In this document: positions 35,701 through 45,510 of the stretch, in pieces | Layout of the letters: the number at the start of each line of letters is the position of its first letter | Numbering within the stretch: position 1 is the stretch's first letter | Assembly (NCBI GenBank): GCA_903873295.1 | Contig: CAIQNV010000143.1 | Span: 15,633-79,632 of the forward strand | Length of the DNA stretch: 64,000 nucleotides | Reading direction: 5' to 3' | Source of the DNA: an uncultured Elusimicrobia bacterium | GTDB taxonomy: Bacteria; Elusimicrobiota; Elusimicrobia; Elusimicrobiales; UBA9959 | Position numbers and translations under genes: made by a program | The notes under the pieces: generated by a model | The model's database searches: none | Told to the model about the DNA's origin: nothing | What the model saw: the letters and a program-made list of their open reading frames with translations, nothing else

Positions 35701-38685
35701 CATAAAGCTCCCGGCCAGGACTTCTGCGTATTTAACCCCTTTCAGCGCCGAGGCCCCTATAAGGGCCCTGGCCGTTTCCCCCGCCTGATAGGAAGCGTGC
35801 TCGAACAGCGCCACCGGCGGCAGTTTAAGGGCCGCGTTCGCGCGGCTGTCGGTTGAAGCGGAAATTATTATAAGCTGCGAACCGCTCTCGCCACCCCAGG
35901 GGTCGGCGGCTTTAAGTTTAAGGCGGTAAGCCCCGGGCGCGAGCCTCTTGAGATCTATCTTAACCGGACCCTGCTTCAGTAATTGCGCCTTTCCTTTCCC
36001 GGCCAGCGGCCCGTCAGGAACCTGGCTGAACGCCTGTTCTAGCGAGGGGTTGGTTCTGAACTGCCCCCATTCCCCGCTGCCCGCGTCCGCTGCCGGAGCT
36101 TTCTCAAGCCTGTAAAGCTCGTACGAGGCCGCCCCTTCCTGTTGTACGTCGTTAAGGTCCAGCAGCCGGGCGTCGACCAGGGCCGGCTTTTCCGGAGTAA
36201 AGAAGCCGGCTTCAGGCTTTATGTCGAATAAATAAGCTTTAGCTCCGGCCCTGTACGAGCGCGAATCCGCGATCGTGCGCCCGCCGGCGTCGCGCGCCTC
36301 CGCTTCGACCTGGTAGGAGGAAGGATACGCCCCGAAGGCTTCGCTTTCGGGCTGCGGAACGAAGCTGAAGGTGAAGCGACCGTCGTCGCCGGTCTTGATT
36401 TCGCCCGAAGTTACTTCGGAGGAGCCCGAGGCTCCATAGAACCAGGCCCATTGCCAACAGTACCAGGGGATATAGCGGGAGCGGGTAACGCGGTACTTGA
36501 CCGCGGCCCCGGGCACCGGGGAGCCGAAGTAGTATTTGACTTCGCCGGCAATTTCCGCTTTTTCGCCGTAGCGGTAGGGCTTTGCGGCCTCGCCCAATTT
36601 AACCTCGAACTCCGGCCGCTTATATTCCTCTACGCTGAAGCCGGCCGACCCGCTGAAATCATGGCCGTACTCGTTCAACTGCGCGGTGACGGAATACCCG
36701 CCCAGCAGGCGCCCCTCCGGGACCTTGAAAGAGCCGGCCGCGCTGCCCAGGCCGGTGAAAGGGAGTATCTTTGTATAAACCTCCTGCCAGTTGGGGTCCC
36801 GCGCGGTGACGGTCAGCCTGCTTTTTCCGTCGTAGACCCGGTAGCCGCGCGGCTCGCGCAGCAGGGCGGTGGCCTTGAACTTAACTTCCTGCCCCGGCCT
36901 GTAGACCGGGCGGTCCGTCTCCACAAACACGCTGACCGGCTGCGGCACCTGCAGCCCGGCCGAGGCCTGGGAGTTCCAGTAGGCGTAGGCCCCGTCATGG
37001 CTGAGCAGCGGATCGAGAGAAAAATATTCGTTCGAAGGATAGGTAACGGTAAAAGGCAGGCTGAAAAGCGCCGCGCCGTCCGCTCCGGTCTCGAAGCCGG
37101 CCCTTTCCCAGGAGCCGGAATGCGACCGGTGATAAAAAGCGTCTATCCCGGCGCCGGCCAGCGGCCTGCCGGTGAGCGCGTTGACGGCGTAGAGGCGGAA
37201 CATGTCGGAGGAAACCTGGCGGGAAGGAGCCGCAGGGTCGTAGAGAAAATCCTCCGGATCGCCTTTTACTCCGGAAGTTCCCAACAGGAAGATATCGGTT
37301 ATGTTCAGCGTCACGGCTTTCAGCAGCGAGGAGCCGTCCTCGAAGCCGCTGTCGCCGGAGGCGATGACGACATAAAGACCCTTTTTGAAGGCCGGAGAGG
37401 AAACCTCCTGGTCCTTGTACTGGTACGGCGCCGGATAATCTACCTTCTGCCGCCATTCAAGGTCCGCGCTTTTACCGAGGAAGCCGCGCACGGCCTCCTG
37501 CTGCAGGTACTTCACGGCGCCCCAACCCTGCCCGCCGTTCCGGCCGAAAGCGGACAGCTCCTGCGGCGTAGTTCTATAGGCCCTGAAATAGATCACCGGC
37601 AGATTGCGGGCGTTAACCCTGAGAGTTTTAGCGCCGGGCGGCGGAGCGAACGAGCCCGAAAGGTCCAGGCCGGGCATTTCTATTTCCGCGCGTATTTTCG
37701 CGCAAAGAGAGGCCGGCTTCGACTTAGAGGCTTCGCCTTCCGCCTTTTTACACAGCTCCACCGCGGCCTTGAAATCAGGCGCCTCCTGCTCCAGGGCCGC
37801 CGCGCGGTAGAACGCCCAGCTCCGCCCGAGCGCCGATTTAAAAGAAGCGGCCCACCCGCCAAGCGTCCCCAGAGCCGCCGCGCGCAGCTTAGCGCGGTCG
37901 TAGGCGGCCACTTTCTCGCCGTGCTCGAAGGGGATCAGCAGGCGCTGCAGCCGCCAGTACTCGCGGGCGAAATCGGCGGAAGGGGAACTCATACCGGCCG
38001 CGTCCTCGAAGATGGCGGCCGCTTTAAGCGCCGGCGGCGCCGAGGCGCTGTAATCGGCCCGGAAGACGGGCTCCGCAAACCCCTCCGCCGGCGGCGGCGC
38101 GCCGGTATTATCGGCTTCCTCCAGCAGATACCCCGTCCAGCGCAGCACTGCGAAGTCCCAGAGCGTGGGCGTATAGGCCAGCTCGGCGCCTTTCAGGTCA
38201 ATGAAATAAGCCTGGCCTTCGAGCCGGCATTTCAGCAGCTCCCCCCTCAGGTCCCAAAGCGAATTATAATCGGCCTCTATCAGGCGGCGCCACTGGGCGG
38301 AGGTCAGCTTGGTGACATCCTTGACCCCTTCCTGTATGTCGGCGGGCAGCGAGTAGCCGTACTGCTGCAGTAACTGGCGGCCAGTCTCGGCCCGGAGCAG
38401 CAGCAGCCTGCCCTGCCACAGCGGGTCCGGCGGCAGCTTCATATCGGCCAGGCGCTGGGCCGCCTCCCCGTAGCGGAAGAGGAGAGCCTCGCATTCCGCG
38501 GCACGGTAGAGCGCTTTCAGGCCGTCTTCCCCCGGGGCGGCGGCCGCCGTGGAATAAATTACCAGCGCTTCCTGATAAAGGTTCTTTGAGAACAGCTGGT
38601 CGGCCTTTTGCAGGTCCGCGCCCCCGTACGCAAAGCACGGAAAAAGGAGTATGGCTATGATAGTTTTCATTTTGTCCCCCGACAT
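32704..38685 (-). CDS. Bacterial alpha-2-macroglobulin family protein with intact thioester motif
   Basis: 1993 aa. Signal peptide after an alternative start at 38670 (MKTIIAILLFPCFAYG). Thioester CxEQ in HYPYECTEQLLNRY. Long MG-domain-like beta-rich body. TPR-like N-terminal ~350 aa. Confidence 0.9.
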   Translation of the reverse strand: MSGDKMKTIIAILLFPCFAYGGADLQKADQLFSKNLYQEALVIYSTAAAAPGEDGLKALYRAAECEALLFRYGEAAQRLADMKLPPDPLWQGRLLLLRAETGRQLLQQYGYSLPADIQEGVKDVTKLTSAQWRRLIEADYNSLWDLRGELLKCRLEGQAYFIDLKGAELAYTPTLWDFAVLRWTGYLLEEADNTGAPPPAEGFAEPVFRADYSASAPPALKAAAIFEDAAGMSSPSADFAREYWRLQRLLIPFEHGEKVAAYDRAKLRAAALGTLGGWAASFKSALGRSWAFYRAAALEQEAPDFKAAVELCKKAEGEASKSKPASLCAKIRAEIEMPGLDLSGSFAPPPGAKTLRVNARNLPVIYFRAYRTTPQELSAFGRNGGQGWGAVKYLQQEAVRGFLGKSADLEWRQKVDYPAPYQYKDQEVSSPAFKKGLYVVIASGDSGFEDGSSLLKAVTLNITDIFLLGTSGVKGDPEDFLYDPAAPSRQVSSDMFRLYAVNALTGRPLAGAGIDAFYHRSHSGSWERAGFETGADGAALFSLPFTVTYPSNEYFSLDPLLSHDGAYAYWNSQASAGLQVPQPVSVFVETDRPVYRPGQEVKFKATALLREPRGYRVYDGKSRLTVTARDPNWQEVYTKILPFTGLGSAAGSFKVPEGRLLGGYSVTAQLNEYGHDFSGSAGFSVEEYKRPEFEVKLGEAAKPYRYGEKAEIAGEVKYYFGSPVPGAAVKYRVTRSRYIPWYCWQWAWFYGASGSSEVTSGEIKTGDDGRFTFSFVPQPESEAFGAYPSSYQVEAEARDAGGRTIADSRSYRAGAKAYLFDIKPEAGFFTPEKPALVDARLLDLNDVQQEGAASYELYRLEKAPAADAGSGEWGQFRTNPSLEQAFSQVPDGPLAGKGKAQLLKQGPVKIDLKRLAPGAYRLKLKAADPWGGESGSQLIIISASTDSRANAALKLPPVALFEHASYQAGETARALIGASALKGVKYAEVLAGSFMLSRETLQDGGLSILSLKVGGAHRGGFALRWLGAGDFKVYSAMDGAEVPLKDKTISLSLDYDKALAPGQTASWLLRAKDSAGRPASGEALVKIFDRSLEYYGRDAGFWGDALYPARRSSGEGWGSLFTPYAVGLPIRTGLIQRMMDAFRLSVAEERLASLRVGASRLYGRGGFMGAARGFAKGLAFEGESLGMADASLAGGSNMAEMSAPAAAPSQSMIRDTSRKDKSEMAPGKAASSAEPEVKTRTDFSETAYYNPQLKVFKGEGKFSFKIPERLTSWKISSYLLTRSARRGSFSAETVTKKDLMVRLDIPRFFREGDRSRLTAVITNDTAVELSGEVALSVTLDGAAAHEKFSLKELSRPFTVKPKGTVSVYWEIEAPRGVAAYKVRAVARAGALADAQENDLPVLPSRERLIASGVASLDGNASKTFRLPELESADPTREVEALHLEIQPQLILTVLNSLPFLVHYPYECTEQLLNRYVPLAITNSFYNKYPELRASVAKIPKRTTLTPEWERDNPVRLMSLMETPWEQESKGRRSSLPVVDMLDPKLVAGEKEDALAKLKAYQSSDGSFPWFPGGHPNLYMTLYVLEGLGEASRYGVDIPQDTARKALAYVLGEIPAHMKPEEDQTSLILYAAYVVTSFPASWPESKTALTYAKVWADYADKHSDAMTAFGKAYAAYVYLRLGERAKAESYLARAMDGARSDDIAGVYWTPEKISWLWYNDTVEKHAFLLRTLLAVRPKDPKIAGMVRWLLFNRKANEWKSTKASAAAIYSLLDVMKGKGALDKPESYGLKWGDTAEAFELQPFDWVAKPLRWSKYGSEITSKDLAPEIGKKGPGLAFAAFTGIYTTDKTAEESPAGMMNVSRKYFLRVKEGEDYILKPLADGATVAVGDQVEVHLTVNTRSQFEYVHLKDPKAAGFEAETLTSGWHWDQLGRYEEPRDSLTNFFMEWLPHGEYVLKYRLRPTTPGTFKAGAAVIQSMYAPEFAAHSSGITLNVK

Positions 38686-38690
38686 TATGT

Positions 38691-39587
38691 TCAGAATTCG
38701 CCCAGCAGGATCTGTTCCAGCTCCAACACAACCCCGGTCTTCTCTTTTACCGCCGCCCGCACTTCGCCTATAAGGGCGTAGATCTCGGCGGCCGTAGCGC
38801 CGCCTGAATTTATTATAAAGCCGGCGTGCTTCGCCGACACTTCCGCGCCGCCGATCTTGCGGCCTTTCAGCCCGGATGCGTCTATGAGGCGGGAGGCGTA
38901 ATCCCCGGGCGGCCGCTTGAAAACGCTGCCGGCCGACGGGAAATCCAGCGGCTGCTTAACTTCGCGGGCGGCCAATACGCAGGAGCGGTCCTGTATCAGC
39001 GCGGCGCTGTCCCCCCGCTCGAATTTAAATACGGCGGAAAGCAAAACGAGGCCGTCCAGCCCTGCCGCCCGGCGGTAGCCGAAAGAGAGCTCTTTCTTCA
39101 GCAGTTTAACGGTCTCCCCGGCCGCGTTGAAGGCCTCTATGGAAACCAGGCGGTCGAAAGTCTCCTGCCCGAAGGCCCCGGCGTTCATGCGCAGCGCGCC
39201 GCCCACGGAGCCCGGAATACCGGAGGTCTTTTCAAAGCCCGCCAGGCCGCTCTCCGCCGAGAGGCGGGCGACCTCGTCCCAGAGAACTCCGGCCTGGGCC
39301 GTGACGGCGGTTCCGGAGACTTCTATTATTGAAAGTTTTTCGGTCAGCGCCGTTACGCCGGGCAGCCCTTTATCGCTCACCAGCACGTTGGAGCCCCGGC
39401 CCAGCACCAGCAGCGGGGCCGAATTCGCGCGGCACCAGCCGGCCAGCCAGAGAAGCTCCTCAGCGTCTGCCGGCTTTACCAGAACTTCTGCGCAGCCGCC
39501 GGCGCGGTACGTGGTAAAATTCTCCGCCGGCTCGCTAAAGCGGCAGTGTTCTCCGAATTTGGTCTTAAGAGAGGAATAATCAGGCAT
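38691..39587 (-). CDS. murB: UDP-N-acetylenolpyruvoylglucosamine reductase
   Basis: FAD-binding PCMH-type N-domain (TTYRAGGCAEVLV...LVLGRGSNVLV) and MurB C-domain (GSVFKRP...GGAEVSAKHAGFIIN). Confidence 0.9.
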   Translation of the reverse strand: MPDYSSLKTKFGEHCRFSEPAENFTTYRAGGCAEVLVKPADAEELLWLAGWCRANSAPLLVLGRGSNVLVSDKGLPGVTALTEKLSIIEVSGTAVTAQAGVLWDEVARLSAESGLAGFEKTSGIPGSVGGALRMNAGAFGQETFDRLVSIEAFNAAGETVKLLKKELSFGYRRAAGLDGLVLLSAVFKFERGDSAALIQDRSCVLAAREVKQPLDFPSAGSVFKRPPGDYASRLIDASGLKGRKIGGAEVSAKHAGFIINSGGATAAEIYALIGEVRAAVKEKTGVVLELEQILLGEF

Positions 39588-39662
39588 GCAGGGAACTTAA
39601 AAACTCAGCGGATAGCGCCCGGGAACAATTTCCCCTGCGCTATCCGCAAGCTGCGGCAACCG

Positions 39663-40877
<1,215 letters not shown>

Positions 40878-40902
40878 ATTGATCTCCTGTTAGAGTTAAA
40901 AC

Positions 40903-41634
40903 TTAAAACTTCGCGCCGGCGCCCATCGAATAGCCGGTCTGCCCGTGCAGCATATTGTAGGCCCCGTAGACATAGAGCAGAGGCAGCGGCGAGAAGCGCA
41001 CGCCCACCGTGTAGCGGGGTTTCGAGATGGTGCCGGAAGCGCTGATCCCGGGAACGTTCTTCACCTCGAGCTTCGTCCGGTCTATCCCGACGCCCGCGAA
41101 GGGCTTTATGACCGGGATATTAAAAGAAGCCGCCGCGTCGAGGGACATATGGCTGCCCTTGAAATAATCATAGTTTATCACGTCGTAAAAGGCGGAAACG
41201 GAAACGTCGGGAATAAACATGGTAATTGTGCCGCTTTTCAGTACCGGGTAGCGCAGGCCGCCGCCGATTATGGAGAAGCCGGAATAACCGATGCCGCGCA
41301 GCATCACGTCAGCGCCGATCAAAGGCAGGGCCGCGCCGGCGTGCAGCATTGCGGTCCCGAAAGTCGTAACCTTCGCGTTGCGGAGTATGCGGTTTTCGGC
41401 GCTGGGCTTGGACTGCAGGGTGGCGGCCAGCCCGGCATCGAAACCCGGGAAGCCTATGGCGCGGCCGGAGTTGAAGTCGTTTCCGCCTAAAACGCCGCCT
41501 AAGTCCGCGGCAAAAGGCTTAAGCTGGGCCGAGCCGAGGGCCTGGATCTGGGTTTTGAATTTAGCAAAAGGATCGGCTTTAGCTCCGGCTGCCAGCAGCG
41601 GCAGAATGCATAGTGCAAGTATAAGTTTTTTCAT
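40903..41634 (-). CDS. Outer-membrane beta-barrel protein (hypothetical)
   Basis: Signal peptide MKKLILALCILPLLAAGAKA. Alternating beta-strand pattern. C-terminal ...GAGAKF aromatic terminus. Confidence 0.55.
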   Translation of the reverse strand: MKKLILALCILPLLAAGAKADPFAKFKTQIQALGSAQLKPFAADLGGVLGGNDFNSGRAIGFPGFDAGLAATLQSKPSAENRILRNAKVTTFGTAMLHAGAALPLIGADVMLRGIGYSGFSIIGGGLRYPVLKSGTITMFIPDVSVSAFYDVINYDYFKGSHMSLDAAASFNIPVIKPFAGVGIDRTKLEVKNVPGISASGTISKPRYTVGVRFSPLPLLYVYGAYNMLHGQTGYSMGAGAKF

Positions 41635-41762
41635 TTGTTTCTCCTTAGGTTGAGGGGCGTAAGGACCCGTCTCCTAATATTACAAATAATATAGATAGGG
41701 CTCAACCCCAATCTGGCGGCTTGCACCTTTACTCCAGCGGCCTTTTTGCTATTATTTAACCT

Positions 41763-43532
41763 ATGGAATTCCTGCCGGTAACTCCCGAAGAAGTTAAAAA
41801 GCGGGGCTGGGACGCCGTTGATGTAGTACTTGTCACCGGCGACGCCTATGTGGACCACCCCTCTTTCGCCATGGCGCTGGTCGGCCGGGTGCTGGAGGCG
41901 GAGGGCCTGCGGGTAGCCATACTTTCACAGCCGCGCTGGGAAAACTGCGCCGATTTCAGAATGTTCGGCAGGCCGCGCCTGTTCTTCGGCGTTTCAGCCG
42001 GGAACATGGACTCGATGATAAATAAGTACACCCACAACCGGAAGATCCGGTCCTCCGATGATTTTTCCCCCGGCGCCCGGCCCGGCCTGCGCCCGGACAG
42101 GGCCACTATAATATACTCACAGCGCGCCCGCGAGGCTTATCCCGACGCCGCCATCGTCATAGGCGGCATAGAAGCCACCATGCGCCGCTTCGCCCATTAC
42201 GACTACTGGTCCGACAAGGTGCGCAAAAGCGTCCTGCTGGATTCAAAGGCGGACCTGCTGGTCTACGGCATGGGCGAGCGCCAGGCGAGGGAAATAGCCG
42301 CCCGCCTGAACGCGGGAGAAAAGATCCAGGCGTTGAGGGATATACGCGGCACGGCCTACCCGCTGGGCGCCAAAGAAGCGGCCGCCCCGGCTATTCCCGG
42401 CGCGCTGGAGCTGCCCTCCGCCGGCGAAGTCGCCGGGGACCGGGTTAAATTCTCCACAGCCACCCGCATCATCTACGAGGAATCTAACCCCTATAACGCG
42501 AAGCCTCTCGTGCAGAAAAGCGAGGGCCGCGCCGTGGTCCAGAATCCCCCCGCCCTGCCCCTGACTACGGAGGAGATGGACGCGGTCTACGGCCTGCCTT
42601 TCACAAAACGCGCCCATCCGTCGTACAAGGAGCCCGTCCCGGCGCTGGAAATGATAAAGGATTCCATCGTCATCCACCGGGGCTGCTTCGGCGGCTGCGC
42701 TTTCTGCTCGCTCGCACTGCACCAGGGCCGGTTCATCCAGAGCCGCAGCGAGGCCTCCGTCGAAACCGAGGCCCGCCGCCTGCTGGAAACCCCGCGCCAT
42801 CCCGGCAACATCTCCGACCTCGGTGCCCCGTCGGCGAACATGTACAGGATGGGAGGCAAGGACATGGAGCTCTGCGGGCGATGTAAGAAGATCTCCTGCC
42901 TGCACCCCGTGATCTGCCCGAACCTGGACACGGACCACAAGCCGCTGCTGTCGCTGATGCGCAGGATAAGGACGGCCAAAGGACTTAAAAAAGCTTTCGT
43001 GGCCAGCGGCATACGAATGGACCTGGCGCTGAAATGCGGCGAATATATTTCGGAGATAGCGCGCTTCCATACCGGAGGCCAGTTAAAGGTGGCCCCGGAA
43101 CACATTTCCCCCAAAGTGCTTTCAGTGATGAAGAAGCCTTCCGTCGAGGTCTTCAAAGAGTTCGCTGACAAGTTCCTGGCAGAGTCGAAGAAGGCCGGCA
43201 AAGAGCAGTACCTGGTGCTTTACTTCATCTCCGCCCACCCGGGCTCTACGCTGACGGACATGGCGGAACTTGCGGTCTTTCTGAAGGAACGCCGCATTCG
43301 CCCGCAGCAGATCAACGATTTTCTGCCCGCCCCGATGGAGCTGGCCACTTCCATCTATTTCACCGGCCTCGACCCGTTCACGCTGGAGCCGGTCTATGTC
43401 CCCAAAAAAGAGACGGAGCGCCGGATGCAGCGGGCGCTCCTCCAGTATTACAAGCCTGAAAACAAACCCCTCATCATAAAAGCCCTGCGCGAAATAAGCC
43501 GCCCGGACCTGATCAAAAAACTGCTCAGCTAG
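41763..43532 (+). CDS. ygiQ: YgiQ-family (UPF0313) radical SAM protein
   Basis: N-terminus FLPVTPEEVKKRGWDAVDVVLVTGDAYVDHPSF, typical of YgiQ. Cys cluster region HRGCFGGCAFCS. Confidence 0.9.
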   Translation: MEFLPVTPEEVKKRGWDAVDVVLVTGDAYVDHPSFAMALVGRVLEAEGLRVAILSQPRWENCADFRMFGRPRLFFGVSAGNMDSMINKYTHNRKIRSSDDFSPGARPGLRPDRATIIYSQRAREAYPDAAIVIGGIEATMRRFAHYDYWSDKVRKSVLLDSKADLLVYGMGERQAREIAARLNAGEKIQALRDIRGTAYPLGAKEAAAPAIPGALELPSAGEVAGDRVKFSTATRIIYEESNPYNAKPLVQKSEGRAVVQNPPALPLTTEEMDAVYGLPFTKRAHPSYKEPVPALEMIKDSIVIHRGCFGGCAFCSLALHQGRFIQSRSEASVETEARRLLETPRHPGNISDLGAPSANMYRMGGKDMELCGRCKKISCLHPVICPNLDTDHKPLLSLMRRIRTAKGLKKAFVASGIRMDLALKCGEYISEIARFHTGGQLKVAPEHISPKVLSVMKKPSVEVFKEFADKFLAESKKAGKEQYLVLYFISAHPGSTLTDMAELAVFLKERRIRPQQINDFLPAPMELATSIYFTGLDPFTLEPVYVPKKETERRMQRALLQYYKPENKPLIIKALREISRPDLIKKLLS

Positions 43533-43546
43533 CTGGTTTAAGCTCG

Positions 43547-43676
43547 GGGTTTGCCGACGTGACCGGAACGCAAAACGCGGTCGGCCACACCGTGGCCTCC
43601 CTCATCTCTCGGCCTCGGCGCTATGCAAGCCTCGGCCTCAAGAAGGTTTTGCTAACCCGGTCACCTCGTCAAACCC
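43547..43676 (+). repeat. Copy D of the conserved structured intergenic element
   Basis: TGACCGG (43560-43566) / CCGGTCA (43657-43663), with additional GACG/CGTC and GGGTTT/AAACCC outer pairs. Core GGAACGCAAAAC, CGGCCACACCGTGGCC, CGCTATGCAAGCCTCGG and GGTTTTGCTAACC. Confidence 0.8.
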
Positions 43677-43699
43677 GGTCAACAAGAGATAGTAAGGAT

Positions 43700-44842
43700 T
43701 TATTTTGTCAGGTGGTGCTTCTTCACGAATTCGAGGAGTTCCAGCCCGTAGAGCGCCACTTTCTCGGCCCCGAGCCCGCGCACGGCGTGCAGGTCCTCGA
43801 ACGTCCTCGGCTGGGAAAGCGCCACCCGCTCCAGCACGTCGTTGCCCATTATGGCTTCCGGCAGCATATTGCGCCTGATGGCGATCTCCTTGCGCCACAT
43901 TTTCAGGTTTTTGAACCGGGTCTTGACGGTTTCGAAATAGGCGCGCTTCTCCCTTGAGATCTCCCGCCTCGGCACGTGGTACTCCGGAGATTTGAGGCCT
44001 TTCTGCAGCGCCTCGCGTATCCAGCCGCCGTGGTTGGCCAGCACATAGCCGCTCACGCCCTTGAAAATAGAAAGATTATGGAGGCCTTCGCGCGGCGCTA
44101 CCGAAAGGCGCAGCATCAGGTCCTCGCTTATTATCTTGAAGGACGGGGAGTTGCGCTTTATCGCGGCGACTTCGCGCGCCAGGTAAAGCTCGCGCAGCAC
44201 GGCGAGGCCCCTCCCGTTCAGCTGGCGGGCGCTCTTCAGCGTCAGGAAGCCGCTCTCGTCGAAGCGCATGGGCTGCGGCTCGATCTTGCAGATCTGCGCG
44301 AACTGCCCGGTCACTTCCTCCAGGCGGCCTTTCTTCACCAGCTCGGCGGACAGGAGGTCGCGCAGCTTCTTCAGATGCACCGTGTCGGAGCTGGCATAAT
44401 CCAGCATTTCCTTCGTGAGCGGCCTGCGGCCCCAGTCGGCCTTCTGGAATTTCTTGTTCATCTCCAGGCCGAAGAATTCCTTCACCATGTTGTCCAGGCC
44501 GCACTTTATGATGCCCAGGTATTTCGCGGCCACCATCACGTCGAAAATATTGACGAAGGTGCAGCCCATCGCCGCCTTAAAAACCCTGATGTCGGAATCC
44601 GCCGAGTGGAAGATCTTTTCCACCGCCGGATCGGCGAAAACGGGGAGGATGGATTTTATATCCAGCGCCAGCGTATCGACTACGGCGTTAATGTGCTCTC
44701 CGGAGAGCTGCATCAGGCAGAACTTTTCTTTGTAGGCGTAGAGGCTGTTGGATTCCGTATCTATGGCTATATATTTGTGCTTCGCCAGCTTCGCGGCCAG
44801 CTCGTCAAAATCCTTCTGGTTATCGATAAAGATGTAACTCAT
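43700..44842 (-). CDS. rnd: Ribonuclease D (DEDD 3'-5' exonuclease + HRDC domain)
   Basis: Start taken at ATG 44842 (MSYIFIDNQKDF). Exo motifs IAIDTES, HSADSDIRV and YASSDTVHL. C-terminal HRDC-like region. Confidence 0.85.
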   Translation of the reverse strand: MSYIFIDNQKDFDELAAKLAKHKYIAIDTESNSLYAYKEKFCLMQLSGEHINAVVDTLALDIKSILPVFADPAVEKIFHSADSDIRVFKAAMGCTFVNIFDVMVAAKYLGIIKCGLDNMVKEFFGLEMNKKFQKADWGRRPLTKEMLDYASSDTVHLKKLRDLLSAELVKKGRLEEVTGQFAQICKIEPQPMRFDESGFLTLKSARQLNGRGLAVLRELYLAREVAAIKRNSPSFKIISEDLMLRLSVAPREGLHNLSIFKGVSGYVLANHGGWIREALQKGLKSPEYHVPRREISREKRAYFETVKTRFKNLKMWRKEIAIRRNMLPEAIMGNDVLERVALSQPRTFEDLHAVRGLGAEKVALYGLELLEFVKKHHLTK

Positions 44843-44920
44843 AATAAAATATAATAACATATTAAAGCCGGGTTCCCGGAGCATGAAGCCGGCGGCGGAG
44901 AATCTTTACGGTTTTGCGTT

Positions 44921-45487
44921 ATGCCTACGATTATTTTCAACAAGCCTTACGGAGTGCTTTCCCAGTTCACGCGCGAGCACGGGCACAGCTCGCTCAGGGA
45001 TTTTAATTTACCAGGCGGCGTTTATCCCGCCGGGCGCCTGGACCACGACAGCGAGGGCCTGCTGCTGCTTACCTCCGACGGCGCCCTGCAGGCCGGGATC
45101 GCTGACCCCCGGTATAAAATGCCCAAGATCTACTGGGCGCAGGTCGAGAGGGAAATAACGCGGGAGGCCGTTTTAGAACTGCGCGGCGGCCTTACGCTTA
45201 ACGACGGGCCTACGCTCCCCTGCGGCGCCCGGGTTTTGCCCGACCCGGAACTCCCTCCGCGAAACCCGCCCATCCGCTTCCGCAAGACCGTGCCTACCTC
45301 CTGGGCTGAAATAACATTGAAGGAAGGGCGCAACCGGCAGGTGAGGCGCATGCTGGCCGCGGTCGGTTTCCCGGTGCTCAGGCTCATCCGCCGGAAGATC
45401 GGACCGCTGACGCTGGAAGGCCTGGAGCCGGGCCAGTGGCGCGAATTGACGACAAAAGAAATACAAAGCCTAAAACACATAAAGTAA
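44921..45487 (+). CDS. rluE: 23S rRNA pseudouridine synthase RluE-like
   Basis: [52 protein letters not shown] and [10 protein letters not shown] align closely, from memory, with E. coli RluE. Confidence 0.85.
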   Translation: MPTIIFNKPYGVLSQFTREHGHSSLRDFNLPGGVYPAGRLDHDSEGLLLLTSDGALQAGIADPRYKMPKIYWAQVEREITREAVLELRGGLTLNDGPTLPCGARVLPDPELPPRNPPIRFRKTVPTSWAEITLKEGRNRQVRRMLAAVGFPVLRLIRRKIGPLTLEGLEPGQWRELTTKEIQSLKHIK

Positions 45488-45510
45488 ATTTAATATAGGA
45501 GAGATTAAAT

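Noticed and set aside
36451-38373. 640-aa ORF on the plus strand. Similar long ORFs occur at 33514..35061, 21826..23499, 39546..41045, 7246..8238, 52692..54134, 24908..25909, 46667..47650, 8741..9736 and 62390..63274.
   Set aside because: All lie antisense to genes with clear family motifs. Their products are Arg/Gly/Pro/Ala-rich low-complexity strings without motifs. Long stop-free antisense frames are expected at this GC content.
43547-43676. Outer stems of the repeat being ordinary Rho-independent terminators into which something inserted.
   Set aside because: None of the outer stems is followed by a U-run on either strand, and copy A lies next to a separate canonical terminator. This is kept only as a secondary hypothesis.
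44911-44920. 10-mer GTTTTGCGTT identical to part of the repeat core (reverse strand), in the rnd/rluE divergent region.
   Set aside because: There is no flanking similarity to the other core blocks and no surrounding hairpin. A single 10-nt match in 128 kb of two-strand sequence is compatible with chance.
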